From Lysobacterales bacterium (GTDB lineage: Bacteria > Pseudomonadota > Gammaproteobacteria > Xanthomonadales > SZUA-5), in assembly GCA_022844165.1 (NCBI GenBank), contig JALHMH010000026.1:1-64000 (forward strand): a stretch of 64,000 bases of DNA, in the 5' to 3' direction. Below the pieces are notes generated by a model, which saw only the letters and a list, made by a program, of their open reading frames with translations, did not search any database and was not told the origin of the DNA. This document shows positions 9,890 through 19,720 of this stretch, piece by piece. The stretch's first letter is position 1, and every line of letters starts with the position of its first letter. Both the position numbers and the translations under genes were made by a program.

Positions 9890-10801
9890 GTGAGCGCGAT
9901 GTCGCCGATCGCGCTGATCCTGCTAATGATGGCGATTGGCTGGCTCGCGCAGCGCGCACCACTACCGGCGTCGGTGCCGCAGCGGCTGCAATGGTTGGTG
10001 ATCTACATCCTGTTGCCGGCGTTGGTGTGGTTGTCGGCGCAACGGATCGATTGGCGTGGCGACGTTTGGCTGGTGGTGTTGCTGCCATGGTTGTCAGGCA
10101 TAGGCGCCGCTTTCTTATGTTGGTTGATCGGCCGCGCCGCCGGCTGGCCGCGCGCGACGATTGCCTGCTTGATGTTGTGCAGCGCACTGGGCAATACGGC
10201 GTTCCTGGGTTATCCACTGATCCGCTCGCTGCTCGGCAGCGACGCCTTGCCGACCGCGGTGATTTACGATCAGCTCGGCAGCTTTCTGCTGCTGCCCACC
10301 CTGGGCCTGTGGGTCACCCGCGTTTATGCCGGCAGCGGCGCAGCGCTGTCCGCTTTGGCGCAAGCGAAAGCGCTGGCCATCGGCATTGTGCGCTTCCCGG
10401 CCGTTCACGCATTGTGGATCGGCGTGCTGCCGCTCGCCGCACCTGAGTGGCTGCGCATGGTCGCGGCGACGTTGGCCATGCTGTTGGTGCCGATCGCAAT
10501 GCTCTCGGTGGGCATGCAAATCAAATTGGTGCCGGCGCGACGGCTGTTGGCGCCAATGACGACCGGGCTGGCAATCAAACTTGGATTGGCACCGTTGATT
10601 GCGGCTGCCGTGTTGTGGATCGCACAAGCGCCTGCCCTTCTGGCCGAAACCGCGATCCTGCAAGCCGCGATGCCACCGATGGTGACCGCGGGCGCGATGG
10701 CGACCAACGCCAGACTTGATCCTGACCTGGCCGCTGCACTGGTCGGATATGGCATCTTGATCGGCGTACTCTGGATCCCAGTCCTCGCCTGGCTACTTTG
10801 A
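9890..10801 (+). CDS. AEC (auxin efflux carrier) family membrane transporter
   Basis: About 10 hydrophobic segments; GNTAFLGYP and LQAAMPPM motifs. Confidence 0.87.
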   Translation: MSAMSPIALILLMMAIGWLAQRAPLPASVPQRLQWLVIYILLPALVWLSAQRIDWRGDVWLVVLLPWLSGIGAAFLCWLIGRAAGWPRATIACLMLCSALGNTAFLGYPLIRSLLGSDALPTAVIYDQLGSFLLLPTLGLWVTRVYAGSGAALSALAQAKALAIGIVRFPAVHALWIGVLPLAAPEWLRMVAATLAMLLVPIAMLSVGMQIKLVPARRLLAPMTTGLAIKLGLAPLIAAAVLWIAQAPALLAETAILQAAMPPMVTAGAMATNARLDPDLAAALVGYGILIGVLWIPVLAWLL

Positions 10802-10996
10802 GCGGCGGAGCAGCTGTGGATCCTGGCCGCTCGGCTGCCTCGACGCCAGATCTGACCGCGCTGGCACCGGCGTAAGCGCAATGCCGCTCGGAAGTCTGAT
10901 GAAACGCCTGCAAAAGCTGCGCTGATCGGGCATCGTCGCAGACGGTGAGATTTCTCTAGGGTCCATTGCACATCACCACAGCCTGATCGACTTTCG

Positions 10997-13900
10997 ATGC
11001 TCCAAATCTACCGCTCCAGCCGCTTGGAACATCTGGCCGAACGCTTGAGCGCGCGGCTTTTCCGGCTGCGGCCCGACAACGTACTTGCGCCGCAAACAGT
11101 GGTCGTCGGCCACGCCGGGATGCGGCGTTGGCTGCTCTCCTGGTTGGCGAGCCATCCGCTGCCGGGCCTGCCGGCGATTGCCGCAAACATCGATGTGCTG
11201 TTGCCAGGGGAATGGACCGAGGTTCTGCTGAAGCGCCAACGGATCGCGCCCAATCGTCCTGGTTATCGGCGCAGTGCCCTGCGCTGGCTGATCGACGCGC
11301 AACTGCAGGCCGAGCCTCCCGCCGCGCTTGGCCCCTTTCTCGCCGATGGCGATGCGCGCAAACGCTTCGCGATCGCCGACCGGCTCGCAGCACTGTACGC
11401 GCAGTATTTAATCTACCGCAGCGACGTCGTCTCGCGGTGGCAACGAGGACAGGATGGCGATCTGTTCCCATGGCAAGGTGCGCTTTGGCGGCGCTTGCAC
11501 GGGCGCTTGGGCCGGGGGCATCGCATCGATCAGACACAGACGTTGTTGGCTGCGCTGCCGGCGAAACCGGACGAGCCGGTCGAATTCTTTGGGCTATCGC
11601 ACCTGCCACCCGACGTGCTTGCGGTGATCCAAGCGTACGCGCAATACAACGATGTGGCGGTGTACTTCTGCGATCCCTGCAGCGAGTTGTGGTCACTGCT
11701 GCCAGGAGAGCGCGCACACCTGGCCGGCGAGCTCGATGGCGCGGACTATTGGCACACCAACCACCCACTGCTCGCGGCCTGGGGACGTCTGGGCCAGCAC
11801 TACGCACTGGCGCTGAATGATATCGGCGCGATCGACGATGCTCGCGATACCGAAGATGCCGAGGAATCGACCACACTGCTCGGCCGCGTGCAGCAATCGG
11901 TGCGCACGTTGGCGCCACTCGCTGGCGGCAGCGAGATCGCTGATCCGAGCCTGCGCGTGCACGTGTGCGCAACACGACTTCGGGAGCTGGAGGTGCTCCG
12001 CGATGCGCTGCTCGATGCGTTGGCCCGCGATGCGACGCTGAATCCTGCAGACATCGTCGTGATGGCCCCGCTGATGGCCGAATACGCGCCGTTGGTGCGC
12101 GCGCTGTGGGGTCCGTCGTGCTGGACATCGGGGCTGCCTTATCACATCGCCGATGCGCCGCTGGCCGGTCAACCGTATTTTGCGGCATTCGCTGCCCTGC
12201 TCGACTGGCCGCAACAGCGGTTCACACGCACAGAGGTGCTGGCCTTCTTGCGTCTGCCACCGTGTGGCAGACGCTTCGCTCTGTTGGATACGGCTTCGCT
12301 GGAACACTGGATCGAACGCGCCGGCGTGCATTTTGCGTTGGACGCGACGATGCGCCACGAGTTGGGTGCCGGCGCGAGCGCGCAGAACACCTGGGCGTAC
12401 GGTCTGGCGCGCATGTTTGCCGGCTGGGCGCTTGGCGATGCCGACACGCTGGTCGATGGCGCGTGCCCGGCGCCACCGCCATCAGGGCCGGCGGCCGCCG
12501 AGCTGGGCGCATTGACCGAGTTGTTGTCGGCACTCGCGAAGTGGCGCAGCGACTCGCAACGCGCACGGCCCTTGAGCGACTGGGCGCGCGACTTGAGCAC
12601 GTGGTCTGAGCGGCTGCTGATGGCCGACCCATTCGACACCGACGAACAAGCCGCCAAGGCTGTTGTCGATCGCTGTGTTGCCGATCTGAGCCGCGAGGCA
12701 ATCGATGCCGGGCACACCGATGCGGTGGCTTTTGCGGCCGTGCGAACCGCGCTGCTCGGCGCACTCGACGAACACGCCAGCGATCCACCCTGGTTCAATG
12801 GCGGGGTGCGCTTTTGCGGTCTGGTTCCGCAACGATCGGTGCCGTATCGGATCGTCGCCGTCATCGGCCTCAACGAAGGCGAATTCCCGCGCGTGCGTTC
12901 GAGCGCGTTGGACTTGATCGAGGCACGCCCGCGCATCGGCGATCGTCTGCCGGTGCTGGACGACAAATATCTGATGTTGGAAGCGCTGATGAGCGCGCGC
13001 CAGATGTTGCACCTGAGTTATCTGGGCAGCGATGCCGGTAGCGGCGGCGCGCGAAACCCGGCGCAGCCGCTGCAGGCGCTCATCGACTTCCTGCCTGCCG
13101 ATGGCCATTGGCGCGTGGCCCATGCGCTCGCGGCCGATCAACGATATGGCGCCGAACCGCGCCTTCCGCGCCCCAGCGCAGTCGCGGCGCCGTCAACACC
13201 GGGCACCTATGCGCTCGGCACCGTATCGACCCTGCACGACGCGACGGGCGATTTCGACCTGGCCGATTTGCGCGCGTTTTATCGCAAGCCGGCACAAACC
13301 TATCTGCGGCGCGACTTACGTATCGACTTGCGCGCGCTCGAGATGGAGGACGACGGCGACGACGATCCACTCGAGCCCATGGGACAAGCCGAACGCTTTG
13401 CGATCAGCGAATGGGTCGATATCGCTTTGGCGAACGGCGGCGATGCGCAGCTGCCGCCTCGACATTGGCACGACGGCCGTCTGCCACCCGGGCCCGGCGG
13501 CGATCGTCTGCTCGACCAGCGGCGCGAGCACGTTGCGGCGGATCTGCTGATGCTGCGCCGCGAACCGTTGCTTCGCGGCCCGGTGCGACGTGCGCCGCGG
13601 GATATCGACGTTCGCTTCCGAAAAACACGCGTGCGCGGACGCCTGCGTCACCTGTATCAAAACGACGGACGCGAGTTCTTCTTTATGCGCGCTCTACGTG
13701 CGGCGCACTTCGGACACTGGCTGCCACTGCTGCTGGAATGGACTTTGCACGCAGAGATGTGCGGACAAGCTGTGCCGCTGTTGCTCTTCGAGCGTCCCAG
13801 GAGCGAACTACAGGCGCCGTCGTTGTTGCAGCATCTGCCGCAATCGAAGACGGCGCGCGAGCGGCGTTTGTGGTGGCTGTTGGCGCATGCCGGCGTGCCC

Positions 13901-14119
13901 GATGCGCTTGCCGCGCATTTCTTGCCCAGGACCAGTTTTGTGTTTGCTACGCGCGGATGGCGCGCGGCAGAAGCGACCTTGCTCTCGGAGCGCAAATTCG
14001 ACCCTTACGCAGCGCGACTGGTGTCCGGCGAGATCCTCTTGCAGAACACACCCGCTGCGTCGCGCTTCGAGCGGTTGGCACAGCGCGCGCTGGCGGTGAT
14101 CGAGGGGAAGGGGCCTTGA
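10997..14119 (+). CDS. recC: Exodeoxyribonuclease V gamma subunit
   Basis: IYRSSRLEHL, YAQYLIYR, HPLLAAWGRLG, RLRELEVLRD, DIVVMAP, GLNEGEFPR; first gene of recCBD. Confidence 0.92.
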   Translation: MLQIYRSSRLEHLAERLSARLFRLRPDNVLAPQTVVVGHAGMRRWLLSWLASHPLPGLPAIAANIDVLLPGEWTEVLLKRQRIAPNRPGYRRSALRWLIDAQLQAEPPAALGPFLADGDARKRFAIADRLAALYAQYLIYRSDVVSRWQRGQDGDLFPWQGALWRRLHGRLGRGHRIDQTQTLLAALPAKPDEPVEFFGLSHLPPDVLAVIQAYAQYNDVAVYFCDPCSELWSLLPGERAHLAGELDGADYWHTNHPLLAAWGRLGQHYALALNDIGAIDDARDTEDAEESTTLLGRVQQSVRTLAPLAGGSEIADPSLRVHVCATRLRELEVLRDALLDALARDATLNPADIVVMAPLMAEYAPLVRALWGPSCWTSGLPYHIADAPLAGQPYFAAFAALLDWPQQRFTRTEVLAFLRLPPCGRRFALLDTASLEHWIERAGVHFALDATMRHELGAGASAQNTWAYGLARMFAGWALGDADTLVDGACPAPPPSGPAAAELGALTELLSALAKWRSDSQRARPLSDWARDLSTWSERLLMADPFDTDEQAAKAVVDRCVADLSREAIDAGHTDAVAFAAVRTALLGALDEHASDPPWFNGGVRFCGLVPQRSVPYRIVAVIGLNEGEFPRVRSSALDLIEARPRIGDRLPVLDDKYLMLEALMSARQMLHLSYLGSDAGSGGARNPAQPLQALIDFLPADGHWRVAHALAADQRYGAEPRLPRPSAVAAPSTPGTYALGTVSTLHDATGDFDLADLRAFYRKPAQTYLRRDLRIDLRALEMEDDGDDDPLEPMGQAERFAISEWVDIALANGGDAQLPPRHWHDGRLPPGPGGDRLLDQRREHVAADLLMLRREPLLRGPVRRAPRDIDVRFRKTRVRGRLRHLYQNDGREFFFMRALRAAHFGHWLPLLLEWTLHAEMCGQAVPLLLFERPRSELQAPSLLQHLPQSKTARERRLWWLLAHAGVPDALAAHFLPRTSFVFATRGWRAAEATLLSERKFDPYAARLVSGEILLQNTPAASRFERLAQRALAVIEGKGP

Positions 14120-17100
14120 CGGAATTTGACTGGCGGCACCTGTCCCTGGATGCGCCGGCGCTGATCGAGGCCAGTGCCGGCACGGGCAAGACCTACACCA
14201 TCGCCCTTTTGTATCTGCGCCTCGTTTGCGAGAGCGAAGTTGCACCGGGCTCGGTACTGGTTTCGACATTTACCGAACTTGCGGCCAGTGAACTGACCGA
14301 GCGCATCGGCGCGCGCCTCAAACAAGCGCTCAGGTCACTCGCCGGCGTCGACAACGATGTCGAACTCAGAGCCTACTTATCGACGCTCGACCCAGCCCGC
14401 GTGCGCACGCGCCTGGCCCTGGCGCTCAACGGTCTAGAACGAGCGCCGATCGGCACGATCCACGCGTTCTGTCGACGCGTGTTGCGCGACTTTCCCGAGG
14501 ACACCGGGCGGGGACTGACGCTGGGGCAGGCGGTCTCCGGCACAGCGCTGATCGACGAGTGTGTCGAGGACTTCTGGCGACGCCGTGTGTTGCCCGACGC
14601 CGATCCGATGCTGGTGCACGCCGACTTGGGGAAACTCAAGCACAACGTGCGCGAGCTGCTGGCCGCAGGCGATGCGCGAGTCGACGCACCCGCGCTGGGC
14701 GATTTTCAGTTTCCGGCCAGGCTGCGCACGCCGAAGGCCATCGCCGTGTTTCGCTCGGTGGCCAGCGATCCGCGCCGCGTTGCCAAAGGCAAGACGCAGA
14801 TCAGTTCGCGCCTGCGCGAGCTGGCGGCCCGTCTGGAGCGAGGCCAGGAGCCCGATCCGAAATGGTGCGAACAAGCCGCAAAGCAATTCACGCTCGCAAA
14901 TCTGCGTGCGCAACAGGTGGCGCCGGACGGTTTGACATCGGTGTCCTGGTTCGCTGAACTCCAGGCCTATGCGCACGCGCGCCTGCACCCGGATACGGTG
15001 GTGAGCGCGGCCCTGGCGCGCGAGGCCCTGGAGGCGGTCAAACTCGACATCGAGCGGCGCCTGGATGCGCGCGACGCACACACCTTCGATGCGTTGATCG
15101 ATGGCGTGCTGCGTGCGCTCGATGGCCCCAGGGGCGATATCCTGGCGGAACGTTTGCGCCAGCACTACAGCGCCGCATTGATCGACGAGTTTCAAGACAC
15201 CGATCCGCGGCAGTGGCGAGTGTTTCAACGCCTGTTCGGTGAGCGCTTCTTGCTGCTGATCGGCGATCCGAAACAGGCGATCTATCGCTTTCGCGGCGGC
15301 GACTTGCTGACGTATCTTGCCGCCAAAGAGAATATTCCCGCACAGCGGCAGTTCCACCTGCGGCATAACTTCCGCAGCGATCCGCCGCTGCTGGATGCCC
15401 TGAACACGCTCTACGCCGGCGCAGGGCGCGACCCCTTTGGCGGTGCCGGCATTCAGTATGTGCCGTTGTTGGCCGGCCATCCCGAACGCGCGTGTGCTGC
15501 CGATCAGGCGCCACTACGAATCCGGCGATTCGGCAGTACCGACGCAAGCAAGGCCTCGCGAGATGCTGCTGCGCTCACAGCGTGCGCCGACGATATCGTC
15601 GATTTGCTTAACACGCCCACGCCTGATGCGTACGGTCCCGGAGACATTGCCGTGCTGTTGTCGACCAACCAGCAAATCGCCACACTGAGAACATTGCTCG
15701 ACGCGCGCGGTGTGCCGGTGGCCGCGACCAGCACCAGCAGCGTCTTTGCCGGCGACGTCGCCAGCGATGTGCAACTGCTGCTGTATGCGCTTTTGCATCT
15801 GCACCGGGAAAGCGCCCGGCGCGCGGCACTGGCCACGCGCCTGCTGCGGTTGGACGCGCGGCAACTGGCGCAACTCGATACCGACCCTGTTCTTCAGAAT
15901 CAATGGGCGCTGTGCTTCTCGCTGTGGCGCCAGGCGTACGACGACGGCGGCATTGCGGCTGTACTAGCCCATCTTGAGCGCGAACACGGACCAACCTGGC
16001 GCAGGTCTGACAACGGCGAGCGTATCGCGACCGATGTTCGCCACCTGTTGGAACTTGCGGTCGAGGTGCAGGCGCTTTCCCCGCCGGAGCAATATGCTTG
16101 GTGGCAAACGCAGCGCCAACACGCTGCCGACGGGCTGGACAGCGAAGCCGGGCGCGAACGCATGCTGCGTATCGCGAGCGACGGCGAGCGCGTGCAACTC
16201 TTGACCGTGCACAAATCCAAGGGACTGGAGTTTCCAGTGGTCTTTGTGCCGATGGCGTGGCGCCCGCCGCGGGACAAGGCGCCGCCCTTGTTACGTGTGG
16301 CCGAAGCGGGGGAGCGTATCTATGACCTGGGTGGTCCGCGGTACGACGAACGTAAGCTGCAGCATCAACTGGAGGACGATCAGGAGAATGGCCGTCGGCT
16401 GTATGTCGCATTGACGCGCGCGGTGCACCGCCTGGTGATCTATACCGATGCTCAGGATTTTGCGGACAGTCGGCCCGGCGAACTTTCGGCACTGGTTCGA
16501 TTGGAGCCCATCGTCGCGCCCCATATCGACGATCGCCCAGTGGCGCCGCGTGTGCGAACGCCTCGTTGGCAGGCGCCGCCCGTTTCGGCTGCTGCGCCGA
16601 CCGCCATTCGGCCGTGGCCAACGCTGCCGGCGCGGATCGCGCAGCTCAGTTTCAGTGCGCTGACCCGGCATCTTGACGCAGCGCCACGCGCTGCCGACGA
16701 AGCGCAAGAAATTGCGCCAAGCACGCCCGACGGCAGCGATCCGCATCCCGAATTGCTGGCGATCGATCATCTGCGTGGGCCACGATTCGGCAACGCTGTG
16801 CATCGCTTGTTAGAAGAACAGCGCGCGTTCGATGACCTCCATCACATTGGCGAGGCGCTCGAAGCCGAAGGGCAGCCGCCAATCGCGGCGCCTTTGGTCG
16901 GGGCGCTGCTGTCGCGAACACGTCAGGCCGACCTCGGCGGTGGCCTGCGCCTGATCGACCTGCGTCCGTCGGCGCAACGAGCCGAACTGGGATTTCAGTT
17001 TCGCGTTCGTGCCGGTAGAACCGACGAGTTGTTCGCTTTGGCTGGCCATCGCGGTAGTACCGAATCGTTGCGCGGCGCGATGGTCGGATTCATCGATATG

Positions 17101-17460
17101 GTCATTCATTGGCAACAGCGATATCACCTGCTTGACTACAAGAGCAATGCGCTGGGTTTACAGGTTGCCGACTACGAAGGCGCATCGTTGCAACGCGCGA
17201 TGCACCACCACCAGTACGATCTGCAGGCGCTGATCTATGCTGTGGCCCTGCACCGCTACCTCGGCTATCGGCTTGACGACTACGACCCGAATCAGCACCT
17301 CGGCGATGTGATCTACCTTTTTGTTCGCGGGATCGGCCTCAAACCCGGCGCCGGCGTGTTTCGCCAATCGATCGACGTGCAGCAGGTGCTGGCCGCGGAC
17401 CAGCTGCTGGAGGGCGACAGTTCCTCTGAGCGACACGGCTTTGGAGGACCATCGCCATGA
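14116..17460 (+). CDS. recB: Exodeoxyribonuclease V beta subunit (helicase-nuclease)
   Basis: TTG start overlapping the recC stop; LIEASAGTGKTYT, DEFQDTD, IGDPKQAIYRFRG, TVHKSKGLEF, YVALTRA, nuclease GFIDMV...DYKSN. Confidence 0.94.
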   Translation: MTEFDWRHLSLDAPALIEASAGTGKTYTIALLYLRLVCESEVAPGSVLVSTFTELAASELTERIGARLKQALRSLAGVDNDVELRAYLSTLDPARVRTRLALALNGLERAPIGTIHAFCRRVLRDFPEDTGRGLTLGQAVSGTALIDECVEDFWRRRVLPDADPMLVHADLGKLKHNVRELLAAGDARVDAPALGDFQFPARLRTPKAIAVFRSVASDPRRVAKGKTQISSRLRELAARLERGQEPDPKWCEQAAKQFTLANLRAQQVAPDGLTSVSWFAELQAYAHARLHPDTVVSAALAREALEAVKLDIERRLDARDAHTFDALIDGVLRALDGPRGDILAERLRQHYSAALIDEFQDTDPRQWRVFQRLFGERFLLLIGDPKQAIYRFRGGDLLTYLAAKENIPAQRQFHLRHNFRSDPPLLDALNTLYAGAGRDPFGGAGIQYVPLLAGHPERACAADQAPLRIRRFGSTDASKASRDAAALTACADDIVDLLNTPTPDAYGPGDIAVLLSTNQQIATLRTLLDARGVPVAATSTSSVFAGDVASDVQLLLYALLHLHRESARRAALATRLLRLDARQLAQLDTDPVLQNQWALCFSLWRQAYDDGGIAAVLAHLEREHGPTWRRSDNGERIATDVRHLLELAVEVQALSPPEQYAWWQTQRQHAADGLDSEAGRERMLRIASDGERVQLLTVHKSKGLEFPVVFVPMAWRPPRDKAPPLLRVAEAGERIYDLGGPRYDERKLQHQLEDDQENGRRLYVALTRAVHRLVIYTDAQDFADSRPGELSALVRLEPIVAPHIDDRPVAPRVRTPRWQAPPVSAAAPTAIRPWPTLPARIAQLSFSALTRHLDAAPRAADEAQEIAPSTPDGSDPHPELLAIDHLRGPRFGNAVHRLLEEQRAFDDLHHIGEALEAEGQPPIAAPLVGALLSRTRQADLGGGLRLIDLRPSAQRAELGFQFRVRAGRTDELFALAGHRGSTESLRGAMVGFIDMVIHWQQRYHLLDYKSNALGLQVADYEGASLQRAMHHHQYDLQALIYAVALHRYLGYRLDDYDPNQHLGDVIYLFVRGIGLKPGAGVFRQSIDVQQVLAADQLLEGDSSSERHGFGGPSP

Positions 17461-19046
17461 CCATCAACCTGCGTGCCTTCGATGCGGCCTTTGGCGATTA
17501 CGTTGCCGCACGCAGCGGCAGCGAGGAACTCGGATCGTTACTGGCGCGCGTCAGTGCCGCCGACGGCGAGGGCCACGCAGCGTTGCCACTGGCGCTCGGC
17601 GCTGCAGCGCAGTTGCGGGCTCTGTACAGCACCGGTGACCCACCCTGGATCGGCGACGGCAGCGCTGTGTCCTTTGCGGTCGCCAGAGACGATCGCCTGT
17701 ATCTGTGGCGCAACTGGCAACATGAGCGAACCATCGCCGCCGCGGTCAGGTCGCGGTTGAATGACCGGCCGCTCCCACCAGCCGACATCGAAGCCGCTTT
17801 GGCGAAAATTTCCGGTCCATTAAGCGCCGAACAAAGCGCTGCGATTGCTGCGGCGCCCGGCCGCGGATTGTTCTTGCTCACAGGCGGACCCGGCACGGGC
17901 AAAACAACCACCGCACGCGCGCTGGTGCTGTTGTTGCTCGAACTGGCCCACTCCTTAGGCTGGCCCACAGAACCGCGGATCATGCTCGCCGCACCCACCG
18001 GCAAAGCCGCGCAACGTTTGAGCGCAGCGATCGGACGACCGGCATTGACTGTCCACAGTTTGCTCAAATATCGCCCCGACACGGCCGGCTTCGAGCATAA
18101 CCGTCAGGAACCTCTCGCAGCCGATCTGGTGCTGGTCGATGAGGCCTCGATGCTCGATTTGCCGTTAATGCGGGGATTGCTCGAAGCGTTGCCCGCCGCG
18201 GCGAGCCTGGTGCTGCTCGGCGATCCGGATCAGCTGCAATCGGTTGCAGCCGGTACGGTGCTCGCCGATCTGGTCGCGGCCTTGGCACCGGGCGGCGCGG
18301 TACAGCGCCTGCACACCGGTTTTCGAAACGACGTCGCTCTGCTGCCGCTCATTGAGGCGGTGCGCAACGGCGCCACGGAGCTGCCGCCGGCGCCGCTGGT
18401 TTATCGGGGCCCGGCCCAAACGCCGCGCGAGGGGCTGCTGTCGTGGGCACACCAGCAACGCTGGCATGAGCGCGGTCGTTGGCCGCCCGAACAAGCGCTT
18501 GCCAGTTTGGGCGACGCGCAAATTCTCTGTGCGCTGCGCGCTGGCCCCGGCGGCAGCGATGCGCTGAGTGCGGCGATCGATCAACACTTGCGGGCACATG
18601 AAGGGGCTTTCGACCTGTGGTATCCGGGGCGTGTTGTGATGTTTACGCGGAACGATCCGGCCAGTGGACTGGCCAATGGTGACCTGGGCATTGCCATCGA
18701 GATCGAAGGTGCGCTCAGGCTCGTCACCGCGGGCGCGGCGCCCGGTCAGTTCGCTCCGGCGGCACCCGTATTGCGCAACTTGGCAGAACTGCCGGAGCAC
18801 GTTCCAGCATTCGCACTGACCGTGCACAAAAGCCAAGGGTCGGAATATCGTCGCATCGCTCTGGTTCTGCCCCCGACTGCGGACCACCCGCTATTGACGC
18901 GGCAACTGCTTTACACTGCGCTGACACGCGCACGCGAGGCCATCGATGTGTGGGGCGATGAGAGCGGCTTGCTCGCCGCCGCGGCGAGGCCCGCCGTGCG
19001 TGTTGGCGGATTGCGCGAACAGCTGATCGGAGGGCAGATGCCATGA
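17457..19046 (+). CDS. recD: Exodeoxyribonuclease V alpha subunit
   Basis: TGGPGTGKTT, APTGKAA, DEASM, GDPDQL, TVHKSQGSEY, YTALTRA. Confidence 0.94.
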   Translation: MTINLRAFDAAFGDYVAARSGSEELGSLLARVSAADGEGHAALPLALGAAAQLRALYSTGDPPWIGDGSAVSFAVARDDRLYLWRNWQHERTIAAAVRSRLNDRPLPPADIEAALAKISGPLSAEQSAAIAAAPGRGLFLLTGGPGTGKTTTARALVLLLLELAHSLGWPTEPRIMLAAPTGKAAQRLSAAIGRPALTVHSLLKYRPDTAGFEHNRQEPLAADLVLVDEASMLDLPLMRGLLEALPAAASLVLLGDPDQLQSVAAGTVLADLVAALAPGGAVQRLHTGFRNDVALLPLIEAVRNGATELPPAPLVYRGPAQTPREGLLSWAHQQRWHERGRWPPEQALASLGDAQILCALRAGPGGSDALSAAIDQHLRAHEGAFDLWYPGRVVMFTRNDPASGLANGDLGIAIEIEGALRLVTAGAAPGQFAPAAPVLRNLAELPEHVPAFALTVHKSQGSEYRRIALVLPPTADHPLLTRQLLYTALTRAREAIDVWGDESGLLAAAARPAVRVGGLREQLIGGQMP

Positions 19047-19471
19047 AGGTATACGCGTCTAAAGTGGATCGTTGGTTGATCGTTGTTTTTGTTCTGTCGA
19101 TCGCAGCTTCGCTGGCCGGCCTGGTGATGGTCGTCATGGCCGGGCAGCCGCAGCAGATTGCGCTCTCTGCGCTGCCGATGGTGCTTGGCATCGGCCTGCC
19201 GCTTTGGCTGCTTCGTGCAACGCACTATCGCCTCGACGATCGAGAATTGCTGATCGTTTCCGGTCCTTTTCGGTGGCGCATCGCGGTGGTTTCGATTGCC
19301 AATGTTGTGCCCACGCGTAGTGCACTTTCGAGCCCGGCACTGTCGCTCGACAGGCTGCGCATCGATTACGGCCAAGGGCGCTCGATCATGGTCTCGCCGC
19401 TCGAGCGCGAACGCTTCCTACGCGACCTCGATGCCGTAAGGGCAAAACAGCTGGGCAAAACGGCTCGGTAG
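19043..19471 (+). CDS. Membrane-anchored bacterial PH-domain protein
   Basis: Two N-terminal TM helices; SKVDRW, THYRL and SSPALSLDRLRIDYG, typical of bPH proteins; ATGA overlap with recD. Confidence 0.8.
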   Translation: MKVYASKVDRWLIVVFVLSIAASLAGLVMVVMAGQPQQIALSALPMVLGIGLPLWLLRATHYRLDDRELLIVSGPFRWRIAVVSIANVVPTRSALSSPALSLDRLRIDYGQGRSIMVSPLERERFLRDLDAVRAKQLGKTAR

Positions 19472-19503
19472 ACACCCAGCGGCTGGGCCGCAGTGCGCAC
19501 GGC

Positions 19504-19657
19504 CACGTTGTAGAGAAACGCACTACCCGTGCGTTTCTCAAATTGCGCGTCAGGCGTATGTCCCGACGCGCACGCCATGGATCAATCACTGAACTGGTCG
19601 TTTCATGGGCGAACCATCACTGGTTCGCACCGGCGGGCTGTTCCTCAACAGCCTGCC
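19504..19657 (-). repeat. 154-bp multi-hairpin MITE-like element, copy 1
   Basis: Its reverse complement aligns without gaps to 33367-33520 (126/154 identical by manual count); contains GAGAAACGCAC-N5-GTGCGTTTCTC and GCGAACCA-N4-TGGTTCGC hairpins. Confidence 0.85.
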
Positions 19658-19720
19658 GGGGGTGGAGATTCACTGTCAAATCAAGCCCATGATGCTCGAC
19701 CGTCAGCGGCAAAAAACGCA

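Noticed and set aside
13108-14115. Apparent 1450-aa RecB with a long N-terminal extension
   Set aside because: The extension overlaps recC out of frame and is low-complexity Arg-rich; the likely start is TTG 14116.
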